Below, piece after piece: positions 9,533 to 21,410 of a stretch of DNA of 64,000 nt. Under the pieces are notes generated by a model that worked only from the letters and a program-made list of their open reading frames with translations, was not told where the DNA came from and did not search any database. The first letter of the stretch is position 1. Each line of letters opens with the position of its first letter. Source of the DNA: Bacteroidota bacterium (GTDB taxonomy: Bacteria > Bacteroidota > Ignavibacteria > UBA10030); NCBI GenBank assembly GCA_050015675.1, contig JBEKAY010000001.1:70067-134066 (forward strand), given 5' to 3'. Made by a program: the position numbers and the translations under genes.

Positions 9533-12013
9533 TTAATTCCGGCTTTCATACTTTTTCCAATCACTGGCATAACGTTGCAGTTTCTCGTCAACAAGCGCAT
9601 TAATAGTGCTGGGTTCAAACATGTGGTCGGATTTCTTTTTCCCCGCTTTCAGTCCGGTGAGAATTTCTATCCCTTCATCGATAGATTTTATGGCGTAGAT
9701 CGTAAATTTTTTTTTGTCAACTGCTTCATATATTTCTTCACGCAGCATCAGATCGTTTACATTTTGGAACGGAATGATAACACCTTGTTTGCCTGTCAAC
9801 CCGCGTGCTTTACAGACATCGTAGAATCCTTCAATTTTAATGTTCACTCCGCCAATTGGTTGAATTTCGCCTTTCTGGTTTACCGATCCAGTGACAGCAA
9901 TGTCTTGACGAATTGGAACTTCTGAAAGACTGGAAAGGATAGCATAGATTTCTGTAGATGATGCGCTGTCGCCATCGATGCCGCCGTACGATTGTTCGAA
10001 TGTAATGCTTGCGTCCATTACCAGCGGTTTGTTTTGCGCAAACATGCTTCGGAAATATCCACTGAGAATCGCTACGCCTTTGTTGTGTGTTGGGCCGCTC
10101 AACTCTGCATCGCGCTCTATGTTGATGATACCGTTACGTCCGAGCGATGTGCGCGCTGTGATGCGGGATGGTTTACCAAACTCATGTTCAGCAATATCGT
10201 ACACCGAGAGACCGTTCACTTGTCCTACCTGTGCGCCTTCTGTGTCGATCATAATCGTACCGTTATAGATCATTTCCTGAATTTTTTCTTCCACTAATTT
10301 TATACGATAAATGCGTTCATCTAGAGTTTGCTCCACGTGTTTGCAGTGAACAATCTCGGCTTTCTCTTTTCGCGCCCAGTAACTGGCTTCACGTGCTACA
10401 TCTGCGATGATGTTGAAACGAGTGGAAATTTTTTGCTGGCGTCCTGCAAGCCGCACACCGAACTCGATGATTTGTGCTAGAGCAGAAGTGCTGAATGGTA
10501 GCAGTTTTTCGTCATCGCAAATCATTTTAATGAAGCGCATGTACTGCTCCACAGCGCTTTTTGTCTTAGGCATCTCAAAATCAAAGTCTGCACGTATCTT
10601 AAAAATCTTTTTGAAGTCGTCATCACGGAAATAAAGAAGGTTGTATAGTTCCGTTTCGCCGATCATAATCACTTTCACATTAATTTCAATCGGTTCCGGT
10701 TTCAAGCTTGCGGCGGCGAATCCAAATAATGGCTCGTAGGTTTGAATGTCAACCAATCCGGTACGCAGTGTGCGTTTCAAATCTTGCCAAACGCCCGGTT
10801 CCATTATCACATCGAGCGCGTTCAGGACAAGGTATCCGCCGTCGGCACGCAGAAGCGCGCCGGCTTTAATTTTTGTAAAGTCGGTGCGCCAGACACCGCC
10901 CTTTTCAATATCGCGTTCGACAATACCAAATATGTTTTTATATTTTGGATTTGTTTCAATAACAATTGGAACATGCGCTGTTTCCGAATTATCAACCAGT
11001 ACGTTGATCTGAAACTCTATAAATTTATCTTCTTCTTTCTCTTCCCATCCATCTTCTTCTTGTTGCGCATCCTGAGTCGGAAAACCTATCTGTTGTTTGC
11101 GAAATCGTTCAAGATTATTTCGAATGTTCATTCGCACTTCTTCAAAGTACGTGTGCAGTTTGGCGTGTTCGTATGTAGCATGTAAAACACTCATGGCTTC
11201 GTCAACCACTGGCATGACAAGCTGTTCTTCCAATTCGCTTAGTGACACCTGTACTTTTTTTTCTATATTCCGCAGTTCATGAAAAACAGTCGCCATCTGT
11301 TTTTCTAAATCCGTTAACACATCGCGCATGCCATCAAATTGTTCTTTGCTAAACTCATTCTTCTGAACAAGTGATTCTATTTGATCTAATCCCATAGGTG
11401 TCCCATTCACCACTGGGACAATGTCTGGACGTATTGAGTTACCGGTTTGCACTTGAACAAGATCGAAGCCGCGTTCCTTCACACGTCGTTCGAAATCTTT
11501 CAGAACACTTTTCTGTCGTTCCTGAAAATGCATTACTAACTTCTTGCGTGCCTGCTGGTATCGTTGGCTTTCGTATACAGCGGGAATGTCCCGCAATAAT
11601 TCCTTGATAAAATTCTCCATGTCCTGCTTAAGCCCCCGTCCTTGGCCCGAAGGAAGAGAGATAGCAATAGGGGTATCCGGATTTTTGAAATTGTATACAT
11701 AGCAATGATCTTTCATCTGACCGGTTTTTTTTTCAAAATCTTGTAGAAGACGCTTGATGGTGGTTGTACGCCCGGTGCCGGTGATGCCTGTAACAAAAAT
11801 GTTGTAGCCGTAGTGTTCCATCTCTAATCCGACGCGCAGTGCGCGCAAAGCCCGTTCCTGCCCGATAATTTCGCGTGTCGGAAGGATGTCATTTGTGGAT
11901 TTTATGCCAAGTGATTTCGGGTCGCATTGCCAGCGCAGTTTGTGCACTTGCAGCGGTTTGTGGGCAGGCGCGGATTTATAATGAGTTGCTTGAATACTGG
12001 TTTTCTTTTTCAT
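9533..12013 (-). CDS. Lon-like ATP-dependent protease (AAA-like N-domain + Lon C-terminal protease domain)
   Basis: 826 aa. P-loop GITGTGRTT near the N-terminus. The C-terminal Lon protease domain has GDSASS (Ser nucleophile) and QKGEIQPIGGVNIKIEG (Lys region). Confidence 0.75.
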   Translation of the reverse strand: MKKKTSIQATHYKSAPAHKPLQVHKLRWQCDPKSLGIKSTNDILPTREIIGQERALRALRVGLEMEHYGYNIFVTGITGTGRTTTIKRLLQDFEKKTGQMKDHCYVYNFKNPDTPIAISLPSGQGRGLKQDMENFIKELLRDIPAVYESQRYQQARKKLVMHFQERQKSVLKDFERRVKERGFDLVQVQTGNSIRPDIVPVVNGTPMGLDQIESLVQKNEFSKEQFDGMRDVLTDLEKQMATVFHELRNIEKKVQVSLSELEEQLVMPVVDEAMSVLHATYEHAKLHTYFEEVRMNIRNNLERFRKQQIGFPTQDAQQEEDGWEEKEEDKFIEFQINVLVDNSETAHVPIVIETNPKYKNIFGIVERDIEKGGVWRTDFTKIKAGALLRADGGYLVLNALDVIMEPGVWQDLKRTLRTGLVDIQTYEPLFGFAAASLKPEPIEINVKVIMIGETELYNLLYFRDDDFKKIFKIRADFDFEMPKTKSAVEQYMRFIKMICDDEKLLPFSTSALAQIIEFGVRLAGRQQKISTRFNIIADVAREASYWARKEKAEIVHCKHVEQTLDERIYRIKLVEEKIQEMIYNGTIMIDTEGAQVGQVNGLSVYDIAEHEFGKPSRITARTSLGRNGIINIERDAELSGPTHNKGVAILSGYFRSMFAQNKPLVMDASITFEQSYGGIDGDSASSTEIYAILSSLSEVPIRQDIAVTGSVNQKGEIQPIGGVNIKIEGFYDVCKARGLTGKQGVIIPFQNVNDLMLREEIYEAVDKKKFTIYAIKSIDEGIEILTGLKAGKKKSDHMFEPSTINALVDEKLQRYASDWKKYESRN

Positions 12014-12135
12014 AGCTCGCGTACGTTTGTGGTCGCAGGTATTGTCTTCCTTCGATAGTACGGAAAAGAGGTATAAGTTTCAAACATATCATACATGTGA
12101 ATTTCTCAATTGGTTCTCTCCGGACAATTTTGTAG

Positions 12136-12762
12136 TCAGATCAACGTATTATCTTTGCAATACCCACATACGCTGTTCATCACACATTCTGCACAATTTG
12201 GTTTTGTAGGCCTGCACAATTCCCTGCCCAGATGGGAAAACGACATGCCTGCTGCATTCCAATACTTCTGCGGAATAAGTTCCATTAACGCTCTTTCTAT
12301 TTTCTCAGGTTTGTTTTCTGCCGTGATGCCGAGCCGGGGTACGACACGTAAAACGTGCAAATCGACTATGATGCCCTGCGGCGCTCCACCGGCTTCGCGA
12401 ATGATCACGTTTGCCGATTTTCTGCCGATACTCGGAAGTTCTGTCAACTCTTTTTGGGTGAGGGGTATTTTTTTCTCGTCACCTAAGACTTGAGCAATTC
12501 GTACAAGCCAATCTGCCTTCTTCCGAAATCCCCGTACGGATTTGATGAATGGAAACAACTCTTCCGGAAGCGCCGCTGCAAGATGCTTCATCGAAGGAAA
12601 ATGTTTGAACAGTTCCGGCGCCAGCTTGTTCACTAATGCATCGGTCGTTTGTGCGGAAAGCACTACCATGACCACAAGCTGGTAAGTGTTTGCGTAATCC
12701 AGCGGATGTTTTTTCTTTCCATACTTCTTAAAAAGTAATTGAAGCTGAGGCAGATAGTTCAT
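12136..12762 (-). CDS. nth: endonuclease III
   Basis: HhH motif LPSIGRKSANVI and a C-terminal 4Fe-4S loop CRPTKPNCAECVMNSVCGYC (C-x6-C-x2-C-x5-C). Confidence 0.85.
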   Translation of the reverse strand: MNYLPQLQLLFKKYGKKKHPLDYANTYQLVVMVVLSAQTTDALVNKLAPELFKHFPSMKHLAAALPEELFPFIKSVRGFRKKADWLVRIAQVLGDEKKIPLTQKELTELPSIGRKSANVIIREAGGAPQGIIVDLHVLRVVPRLGITAENKPEKIERALMELIPQKYWNAAGMSFSHLGRELCRPTKPNCAECVMNSVCGYCKDNTLI

Positions 12763-13823
12763 AGTCTTTTATTCTTATTCTTTTTCCTTTTAATAATGTG
12801 ACTTGGCAACGGCGGTATATTCGCTGTTGAATTATCAGGATGGAATTTACTGCGGCGGATAAGTGAAGGTTCTGGTTCGAGTGTTGGTGAAAATAGTTCA
12901 TCATTAACAGTTGGCGGCTCACAAAAAGTTTTTAATTGTGGGAATGCCACAAGAAGTTTTATCGGTGCGTTCAGATGTTTTGAAGGACACAAGGCGTGTT
13001 CAACTTGCCTGCCGTTCACCAGCGAGAATGCCTGACGATCATTATGAAATACGACGTACGTTGTTTGTGCGTTAAGATGTTTAATTCGTTGAACAAGGTC
13101 TTGCAGTTCTTCTTCGCTGTAAGAATACAGGTAGCGGTCGTCACTCCTCGGTTTGTTCCATGCCGATTCATTGCGTCCCATCATTCGGAAATATGCAATG
13201 CCATCCCATGCAAAAGAATTAATTGGGATATGGCCGGGCAAACGCGGTAAATCTATATTGACAAAATTAAAACCATTTTCATGACAGAATTTATAGAATA
13301 GTTCTTCATTCCATGATCGATGCCGGAGATCAACAAACAGACGGTCTTCGGGGAATGCCGTGCGCAGCTTGACGAGGTACGCCAACCGAGAATTCGATTT
13401 TGTGAAGGTGGAAGGGAACTGGATCAATAGCCCGTTAAATTTTTTTGCTTCGCGTAACGGGTCAAGAAGTCGATGAATTGCCAGTGCATCGTTCTTGGTT
13501 GCATTAAAGGTATGTGTGAAACCGCGAAAAAGTTTTACGGTGAAAACGAACCGTTCATTCGCTCCTACATCTTTTACCCATTGCGACGATTGCTCCGGCG
13601 ATAATGATGAGTTGTAGAAGGTTGCGTTCACTTCCACCAAATCAAAGAACCGGCTATAGTATTCAAGTTTGCGAAAACCTTTCTCCTGTTTTGACGGATA
13701 TAATGTTTTATTAAACGGCGGCAACTCCCAACCGCCCATACCAATAAAGATATCGTTAATAGATTTTGTTCCTATTTCTGGCTGCGTATTACTGTGTGCC
13801 ACGGGATTTGATTGATCTGTCAT
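12759..13823 (-). CDS. DUF72 (YecE-like) family protein
   Basis: GMGGWELPPF ... LEYYSRFFDLVEVNATFY ... FVFTVKLFRGFTH pattern. Its stop overlaps the nth start by 4 nt. Confidence 0.7.
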   Translation of the reverse strand: MTDQSNPVAHSNTQPEIGTKSINDIFIGMGGWELPPFNKTLYPSKQEKGFRKLEYYSRFFDLVEVNATFYNSSLSPEQSSQWVKDVGANERFVFTVKLFRGFTHTFNATKNDALAIHRLLDPLREAKKFNGLLIQFPSTFTKSNSRLAYLVKLRTAFPEDRLFVDLRHRSWNEELFYKFCHENGFNFVNIDLPRLPGHIPINSFAWDGIAYFRMMGRNESAWNKPRSDDRYLYSYSEEELQDLVQRIKHLNAQTTYVVFHNDRQAFSLVNGRQVEHALCPSKHLNAPIKLLVAFPQLKTFCEPPTVNDELFSPTLEPEPSLIRRSKFHPDNSTANIPPLPSHIIKRKKNKNKRL

Positions 13824-13847
13824 AATGGAAATTGAAAAACATTATTT

Positions 13848-15170
13848 TTAATGCTCTGTTTCTTCTTCGTTAGATATCGGCAATTTTTTTATTCGGACTG
13901 ATTCAACGGCGTTATCGACAACCTTTTCTGTTGTGAACTCAATACCGTTCAGTCGCATACGTTCGCCTACGGCTGGAATATGTCCAAGTTGTTCAATCAC
14001 AAACCCCCCGATTGAACGGATGTCTAGAGGCGAAAGCTCAATGGAAAAGAGTCTTTCAACATCGCTCGTAGTGATATAACCGGCGACAACAAATTCATTC
14101 TCAGCAATCTTTACGACATCAGGTGTTTCTCGGTCGAACTCATCTTGAATGTTGCCGACAAGTTCTTCCAGCACATTCTCCAGCGTGATGATGCCTGCTG
14201 TGCCGCCATATTCATCAGCGAGAATGATCATGTGGGTCTTTTTCTGCAGACTTGTGGTCAGCACTCTTTCGAGCGTGGCTGTTTCTGGTAAAAATGTAGC
14301 GTCCCGAAGAACAGAACTCAGCGTAAAGTCTGGCTGCAGGTGCTTGTCTTGTTTAAATATGTCTTTGGTATAAACGATGCCAATAATATTATCAATGGTG
14401 TCTTTGAAAACAGGAAAACGGGAAAACTTGTTCGTACGCATTATAGTAATAGTCTCCTTAACCGGTGCCTGAACGGACAAAGCGATAATTTCTTTTCGGG
14501 GAACCATCGAATGCCGTGCTTGTTTCTGGTGAAAGTCCATAGCATTGAGCGCGATATTTCGCGTAGTAGTGGAGACGTGTGTGTCGTGGGCAAGAATCAA
14601 GCGGAGTTCTTCTTCCGTATGAGCTAATTCAGAATCCGTGGATGCCTTAATTCTAACGAGTCGAAGCAAGCCGTTGGATGAAACGTTCAGCAAAGTGATA
14701 AGCGGTTTGAATAGGAAGAAAAAAATCCGCATCGGTGAAGAAATCAAAAGAATAGTTTCGCTGGATTTTTGAATAGCAAGCACTTTCGGTGCTTGTTCAC
14801 CAACGACAATGTGGACTGCAGTTATGAGCGCAAATGCAGCAGCGAATGAGACGCCATGAATGATGTTGGGTTGTGTAATCCCGATCCATTGAAATGTAGG
14901 AAGCAGCATTTTCGCAGCGAGCGGTTCACCGATCCATCCAAGGACCAATGAAGTCATAGTAATTCCCAACTGTGTCGCCGAGAGATACGCTGTCGAGTGG
15001 AGGAGTATATCACGTGCGATTTTGGCATGCCAGTTTCCTTTGATCGCTAACGGTTCAATTTGTGTGAGCCGCACTTTTACGATGGCAAACTCTGCCGCAA
15101 CAAAAAAACCGTTGAGAAAAACAAAGAGAAGAATTATTAAAACATCAATAACGTATTGCCCGAACTCCAT
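13848..15170 (-). CDS. CNNM/DUF21 transporter-associated protein with CBS pair and CorC_HlyC domain (hemolysin family)
   Basis: 440 aa with the typical architecture: an N-terminal 4-TM domain, a CBS pair, and a C-terminal CorC-type domain. Confidence 0.8.
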   Translation of the reverse strand: MEFGQYVIDVLIILLFVFLNGFFVAAEFAIVKVRLTQIEPLAIKGNWHAKIARDILLHSTAYLSATQLGITMTSLVLGWIGEPLAAKMLLPTFQWIGITQPNIIHGVSFAAAFALITAVHIVVGEQAPKVLAIQKSSETILLISSPMRIFFFLFKPLITLLNVSSNGLLRLVRIKASTDSELAHTEEELRLILAHDTHVSTTTRNIALNAMDFHQKQARHSMVPRKEIIALSVQAPVKETITIMRTNKFSRFPVFKDTIDNIIGIVYTKDIFKQDKHLQPDFTLSSVLRDATFLPETATLERVLTTSLQKKTHMIILADEYGGTAGIITLENVLEELVGNIQDEFDRETPDVVKIAENEFVVAGYITTSDVERLFSIELSPLDIRSIGGFVIEQLGHIPAVGERMRLNGIEFTTEKVVDNAVESVRIKKLPISNEEETEH

Positions 15171-15287
15171 GAATAATCTTTCTATCGTTCAAGTCAATAT
15201 AGTCGATTATGTTTCATGCTTCAAGAAAGGGTTTGAAGGCTGGAAAATGATAGTTTTCCCTTGATACTGGGCATAATTCCCGCCGTG

Positions 15288-18152
15288 TTACCGGCGCACT
15301 TGTTCAGAAGTCCAGCTCAGGTACGCTTCTAGGCGCTTAAGGAAGTTTAAATATGCAGTTGACCATTCGATTGGATTGTCGGGTCTGTTTTTGCCGAGCA
15401 ATTCTTGAAATACACGTGCTACTTCTACAGCGATTTTCTTTTTACCTTCTTCAATGACAGCTTCAACGTCGGAAGAATAATACGCACGCAGGTTTCGGAT
15501 ATCCTGTCGAACACGAGCTTCTGGACCTTTGCTCGCAAAGAAAGATAAATCGGTGTTCTGACCGCCGGACATTTCGTAAATAAGCAAATTCCATTTTTCC
15601 ATCACATCACGGAAATGGTTTTCGTTTTCGCAGATGTCCAAAGGCAGTTTGCGCAATATCTCTTCCGTTGTAAATGAATTGCGGAAGATCAGATCGCCTC
15701 CTACGAATTGTGACACAAGATTTACATCGGTGCGCCAGCCGAACACACGCTGTACTGCTGTGAATACTTCTCGTTCCTTGTCGCTTCCGGTATTGGCGGC
15801 GAGTTTCGATTCCCATTGCTTCGCCATCATTTTCATTTGGATCTCGAGTTCGTGGTCCACTTTCTCTTTTGGCGCATCAAGCACAGCCGCCGGAATAACT
15901 GTCTGCGATTTATTACGGTATAGTGCATAGAGTTCTTCTTGCTGCTTTCGATCTAGATCGTCGAATTTTTTTACGGCACTTGAACAGGATAATTGCTGTT
16001 CATCTGCCTGTGTCTGAAGCAACATCAATAACCGCGTGAAAAGGCGATCTTGGTACAAAGATCTGAAGTGAGCCATATCTGCAATGACATACAAATCTTC
16101 GCCGACGCAGGAAAAAACCGTGTTGAAGAGACGTGCAATTTTATGTTCACCAATCTTTTTATCATCGATGGAGCGCATAGTATAATCCACGCCTGCCATC
16201 GTTGTATCAAAAATAATTGCATCTTTACGCCGGTTGCAAAAACTTTGCGGTGTACCGACTTCAACATTTTTTATCCCCTGAAGCCGCAATTGAAGTTTCG
16301 TGTAAAGTGTCGGACCGGTGAACGGAAGAACGACTCCCACATCCAATGCAAAGCGATTAGGTTCCATAAGCGCATGCTTGACACATTCGATAACCTGTCT
16401 TGTGTGGAGTTCATTATAAGGCAGAATTTTTTTCTTGCCGGCATATTGCTTACATCGTGACTGAACTTTGCTTGTATCAAAAAAGTAAATTCGGCCTTTG
16501 GCCTTCGGCGATGTGTGAACATTTATCTTTTCATCAAACAAAACCGACGCTATAAACAATGATAATTTTGGAGTTGTAGCATAGTGCGATTTCATAAAAA
16601 TGGACCAACGTGGATTTCGATCTGCCCACTCAAAGAGCCGATGCAGTTCGGTTGTGTGTGCAACGTGCAGAAAGATATCCCGCTGAAGCCAATACTCGCT
16701 TTGTTCATCCATAGAGACTGATTCGGGTTCCACCTGAAACGGATCGCCTGCAACAACAAATTTCTCCCTCGCCAGCGTCGATAATGCGGCAAGTGTTGGC
16801 AGGTTTACACGTTGAGCTTCATCCACGATAACGAGATCGAACTGCTGATTACGTATGGCAGGATCTATCAATGCTGCAGAAATACCAGTAGCAATGAAAA
16901 GCTTTGATCGAAGCAATGCTTGTTCGTCAACAGAAATAAAATCTTCTACTGTCTTTGTGACTTTCTCCAAGCCGCCCAAATCATCAATTCTTTTGCCGGT
17001 CTCTCTAAATTCCATTTGCTCCCGCGGGGTGATTGGTGCGTCGAGTTCGATCGATGTGATTTCGTTAGAGATCGTCTGCTGAATGGAGAGAAATCGTTTG
17101 TAGTTCTGCTGCTGCCGCGCTAGTTGTTCGTGTGCATGTTCAAGATCATTCTTGGAAAATCCTTTCTTCATCCGCTCGATAAGCGATGAATTTTCCAATT
17201 CAACTATGACTTGATTAAGTTGAGTAATTTCGTCCGACGCTTGTTCGATTTGTTTACGAAGCTCTGCCAGCCGGTCACGCTTCTCTTGCACCCTATGATA
17301 GAAGTCCTCATGAAGAATTTGCTTAATCTTAATTTGCCAGTAAGTGTTCAATAATGCAACGCGCTCTTGGAACACCTTGCGCTTTTCCGCTTTTGCAGTT
17401 TCCACTTGGTGTTCAAATGAGTACTGTGCAATGGTATCAAACACACCGGGTGATGGAAGATCGACACGCGCGGCAAACTTTGTCATCTTGATGCCAAGTT
17501 GTTCGCCGAAACGTACGGTATTTAAGAGCATTGAATCGACGTTATCGTTCGATGGCGCAACGAACAGTACCTTTCGGCCGGCTTTTATATAACAGAGCGC
17601 AGTGAGTGCTAATACGTGCGTCTTGCCGGAAAGAATCGGACCCCACACCATCGTGACCCTGTTCTGTAAAATCTTTTTCACCGTCTCGAGCTGTTCAGGC
17701 GGCGTGTTCGCAACACCGCTTGTTTCAAAATTAACGATGTGGCTGTTTTTTCTATCTGCCGGATCAAAAAGCACTTGCGGAATAGGCGATTTCACATCAA
17801 GTCTCTGAAGCAAATCGATAATTGGTTTGTGTTCGTCTTCGTAATTCCAAGAACATTTTGTCTCCGGTAGAGATGTACCAAAATCTTGCGGCAAAGCAAC
17901 AATGAAAAATTGATTTTCTATGGCAATGATATTGCCGGTAACACTGATAGGTTGCTGCTGCCCAAACGTGAATGTAGCACGTTCTGTTGTGCGGAGAATA
18001 ATGTCTTCGGGAATTTCAAAACGGTAGTACGTGTATCCTGCAAATGCACCGATGCGTTCGCCGCTAAACAGACGTATCTCGCGGCGAGTAGCTTTGAGCT
18101 GCTCAAGTTCTTTCTGAAGTGCTTCTGCCAGTTGTGTGAATAGTTCTTTCAC
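15288..18152 (-). CDS. SF1 (Upf1/Dna2-like, AAA_11/AAA_12-type) helicase-family protein
   Basis: 954 aa with Walker A GPILSGKT, Walker B LVIVDEAQ and motif III-like VVAGDPFQ. Later motifs are recognisable but degenerate (VEVGTPQSFCNRRKD; RLFNTVFSCVGEDLYVIAD). A long charged helical insert lies between Walker A and B. The N- and C-terminal regions are unassigned. Confidence 0.7.
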   Translation of the reverse strand: MKELFTQLAEALQKELEQLKATRREIRLFSGERIGAFAGYTYYRFEIPEDIILRTTERATFTFGQQQPISVTGNIIAIENQFFIVALPQDFGTSLPETKCSWNYEDEHKPIIDLLQRLDVKSPIPQVLFDPADRKNSHIVNFETSGVANTPPEQLETVKKILQNRVTMVWGPILSGKTHVLALTALCYIKAGRKVLFVAPSNDNVDSMLLNTVRFGEQLGIKMTKFAARVDLPSPGVFDTIAQYSFEHQVETAKAEKRKVFQERVALLNTYWQIKIKQILHEDFYHRVQEKRDRLAELRKQIEQASDEITQLNQVIVELENSSLIERMKKGFSKNDLEHAHEQLARQQQNYKRFLSIQQTISNEITSIELDAPITPREQMEFRETGKRIDDLGGLEKVTKTVEDFISVDEQALLRSKLFIATGISAALIDPAIRNQQFDLVIVDEAQRVNLPTLAALSTLAREKFVVAGDPFQVEPESVSMDEQSEYWLQRDIFLHVAHTTELHRLFEWADRNPRWSIFMKSHYATTPKLSLFIASVLFDEKINVHTSPKAKGRIYFFDTSKVQSRCKQYAGKKKILPYNELHTRQVIECVKHALMEPNRFALDVGVVLPFTGPTLYTKLQLRLQGIKNVEVGTPQSFCNRRKDAIIFDTTMAGVDYTMRSIDDKKIGEHKIARLFNTVFSCVGEDLYVIADMAHFRSLYQDRLFTRLLMLLQTQADEQQLSCSSAVKKFDDLDRKQQEELYALYRNKSQTVIPAAVLDAPKEKVDHELEIQMKMMAKQWESKLAANTGSDKEREVFTAVQRVFGWRTDVNLVSQFVGGDLIFRNSFTTEEILRKLPLDICENENHFRDVMEKWNLLIYEMSGGQNTDLSFFASKGPEARVRQDIRNLRAYYSSDVEAVIEEGKKKIAVEVARVFQELLGKNRPDNPIEWSTAYLNFLKRLEAYLSWTSEQVRR

Positions 18153-18310
18153 GTTTGTCCTGAACGCTTCTTTGGTAGGTACACTTCACTTTCTTAAAGC
18201 ACAATTCATCTTTCAAAGTATAACTTTTGTGAACAAAGTCAAGATGTTTACACGTGTGCATTTCGGAAAACAGATGGATTTGAACTGATATTTTATTATT
18301 CTCATAATGA

Positions 18311-19696
<1,386 letters not shown>

Positions 19697-19797
19697 ATAT
19701 ACTAATAATGCTGTTAGAAATTTATTCACACTATGAAATGAATAGCAATTCGTGAAATCTGCAATCTGCGCAAAATCCATGCAATTTACTAAATCAC

Positions 19798-21330
19798 CTA
19801 CCAGTTATATCGTATCGTATAGGTAATTACTTTTTCATCATCCTTCTTTAGTTTCACCGGAAACTTGATCGTTGTCTGATCCACCTTCTCCCACACGGCA
19901 TTGCTCTTCGTAATATCCCACTCATTCCAGCGCCACGGATGTTCATATACCATTACTTCCACAGATTCGGATTTATGGTTGCGGACCTTAATTTCAAATG
20001 TTTCATCGACAACGTGTCCGGGGACGACAACGCGGAAATTTTGCTGAGTGTGTTCACCAACGATGTCAAATGCGTTGCCGAGATAGAGTTTGATTTCTTC
20101 GTCTTTCGGCGTGTGGTCAATTTCATCTTCGCCCACAAATTGTTCCTTGCCGTCGTCGTCGCGTTTATAGACGCGCACTTTGCCTTTCGGCAGTGCAATA
20201 CCAAGTCCGGCTTTTTCTTCGTTTCTGAATGTTACGAATACACCAATTTTTTTATTCGACTGCTGACCGAAGCTTCCCTGCTCGCGGTAGGAATAATTAT
20301 TAGACCAGTACCGCCACTGATTGGACAGCCCGTCATAAATGAAAACTTTTTTAGCAGATATATTTGTTGCCGAAGTAAGTTCGATTTGTTTTGTCTCGTT
20401 ATTGCTGACGTCTGTCTTGCGTTGAAGAGAGTAAAGTTTGTATTCAAAAAGTTCCTTCTGCTGGAATTGCGGGGCCGCCGCTAAATCCGATTCCATACGC
20501 ATAGACTTTGCCATAGAACCAGCCTGTCCTTCCTTTACAAGATTTACGTCGCCTGCAACCAACTTTAGTCCTGCATTTTTAAATGATGCACCGGAATTGT
20601 TTGTGATTGTTACCCAGCCAGTCAAATCAACCTGTGCATCATTTGGATCGAGCAGCGCTACATAGTTGCAGCTCCACGTCAACTGAGCGGCAAGATAACT
20701 GATTTCTGTTTTATGTTCACCTTGTTTGGAATTTGTCACCAGCCATTCGAGCTGCGGTTTGAGGATCAATCCCTCCGGCAAACTTGGCAGAATAAGCCGC
20801 CCTCCGGGAGCGATTTCAATCTTTCCGTTGATCTCCGCGATCATTTGTCCTGTCATATAGTACGGTGCATTCCCACCGTATGGATTATAATTTGGCTGCG
20901 GCTGCCAGCCCGTAGCAAGAAGTATTCCTTTGACCGATAAATCCTTCTTTGATTCATTGTCCATTCGAATAAATTCCACTTCCTTGCCGATATATTTTTC
21001 CATGAGCTTGGCTTGGTGAACAAGGTCGTACTGATAATTTTGTTCAATCACTTTTACCGCCGACGGATCAGTAAGACTGGAAAAGTGAAGCGATGTACCG
21101 TCGATGGTGGCTGGAATATCCGGAATGATGATGCGGTTCAATCCTTTTTCCAGGTCAATGGTACGTTCTTCGCGGACGAGAGCCAGATTTTGATTATAGA
21201 CTGTCAGATCGACCGATGTTCGCTCGCTGGCAGATTGTTTTATTTGTGCCGGAGAATGAAAACCAATAATGGTCAACCAGCAAAAAACGACAAAAGATAA
21301 ACAAACATTCTTTTTCATAGCGGACTCCAT
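19798..21330 (-). CDS. secreted DUF4139-like protein
   Basis: 510 aa with a signal peptide; beta-rich. The N-terminal DLTVYNQNLALVREERTIDL resembles the DUF4139/DUF4140 family. The family call is from memory. ATG 21318 is an alternative start. Confidence 0.5.
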   Translation of the reverse strand: MESAMKKNVCLSFVVFCWLTIIGFHSPAQIKQSASERTSVDLTVYNQNLALVREERTIDLEKGLNRIIIPDIPATIDGTSLHFSSLTDPSAVKVIEQNYQYDLVHQAKLMEKYIGKEVEFIRMDNESKKDLSVKGILLATGWQPQPNYNPYGGNAPYYMTGQMIAEINGKIEIAPGGRLILPSLPEGLILKPQLEWLVTNSKQGEHKTEISYLAAQLTWSCNYVALLDPNDAQVDLTGWVTITNNSGASFKNAGLKLVAGDVNLVKEGQAGSMAKSMRMESDLAAAPQFQQKELFEYKLYSLQRKTDVSNNETKQIELTSATNISAKKVFIYDGLSNQWRYWSNNYSYREQGSFGQQSNKKIGVFVTFRNEEKAGLGIALPKGKVRVYKRDDDGKEQFVGEDEIDHTPKDEEIKLYLGNAFDIVGEHTQQNFRVVVPGHVVDETFEIKVRNHKSESVEVMVYEHPWRWNEWDITKSNAVWEKVDQTTIKFPVKLKKDDEKVITYTIRYNW

Positions 21331-21410
21331 AATATTTTTGAATGTAGAGTGCTAAGAGTTAATACAGGTAATATAAAAGGTGAACAAGCTCTGTTGTCAA
21401 TTTCACCCAA

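Noticed and set aside
9407-9925. 172-aa plus-strand ORF spanning the K+ channel / Lon-like gene junction
   Set aside because: It is antisense to two strongly supported genes and shows no motif. The same reasoning applies to the other long antisense ORFs in the track (10742-11185, 12110-12493, 16050-16460, 19939-20484, 26224-26715, 28103-28459, 46323-46715, 54848-55306, 55791-56240, 56237-56785, 57420-57908).
9701-11730. Two 9-nt homopolymer (A/T) tracts inside the Lon-like gene (near 9707-9715 and 11725-11733) as phase-variation switches
   Set aside because: Both encode in-frame Lys runs (KKK). There is no evidence of frame disruption, and such tracts are common at this base composition.
9533-12013. 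The Lon-like protease as BrxL of a BREX system
   Set aside because: No PglZ, PglX, BrxA/B/C genes are adjacent; the flanking genes are a K+ channel and nth. The only methyltransferase in the window is ~37 kb away in a separate islet.
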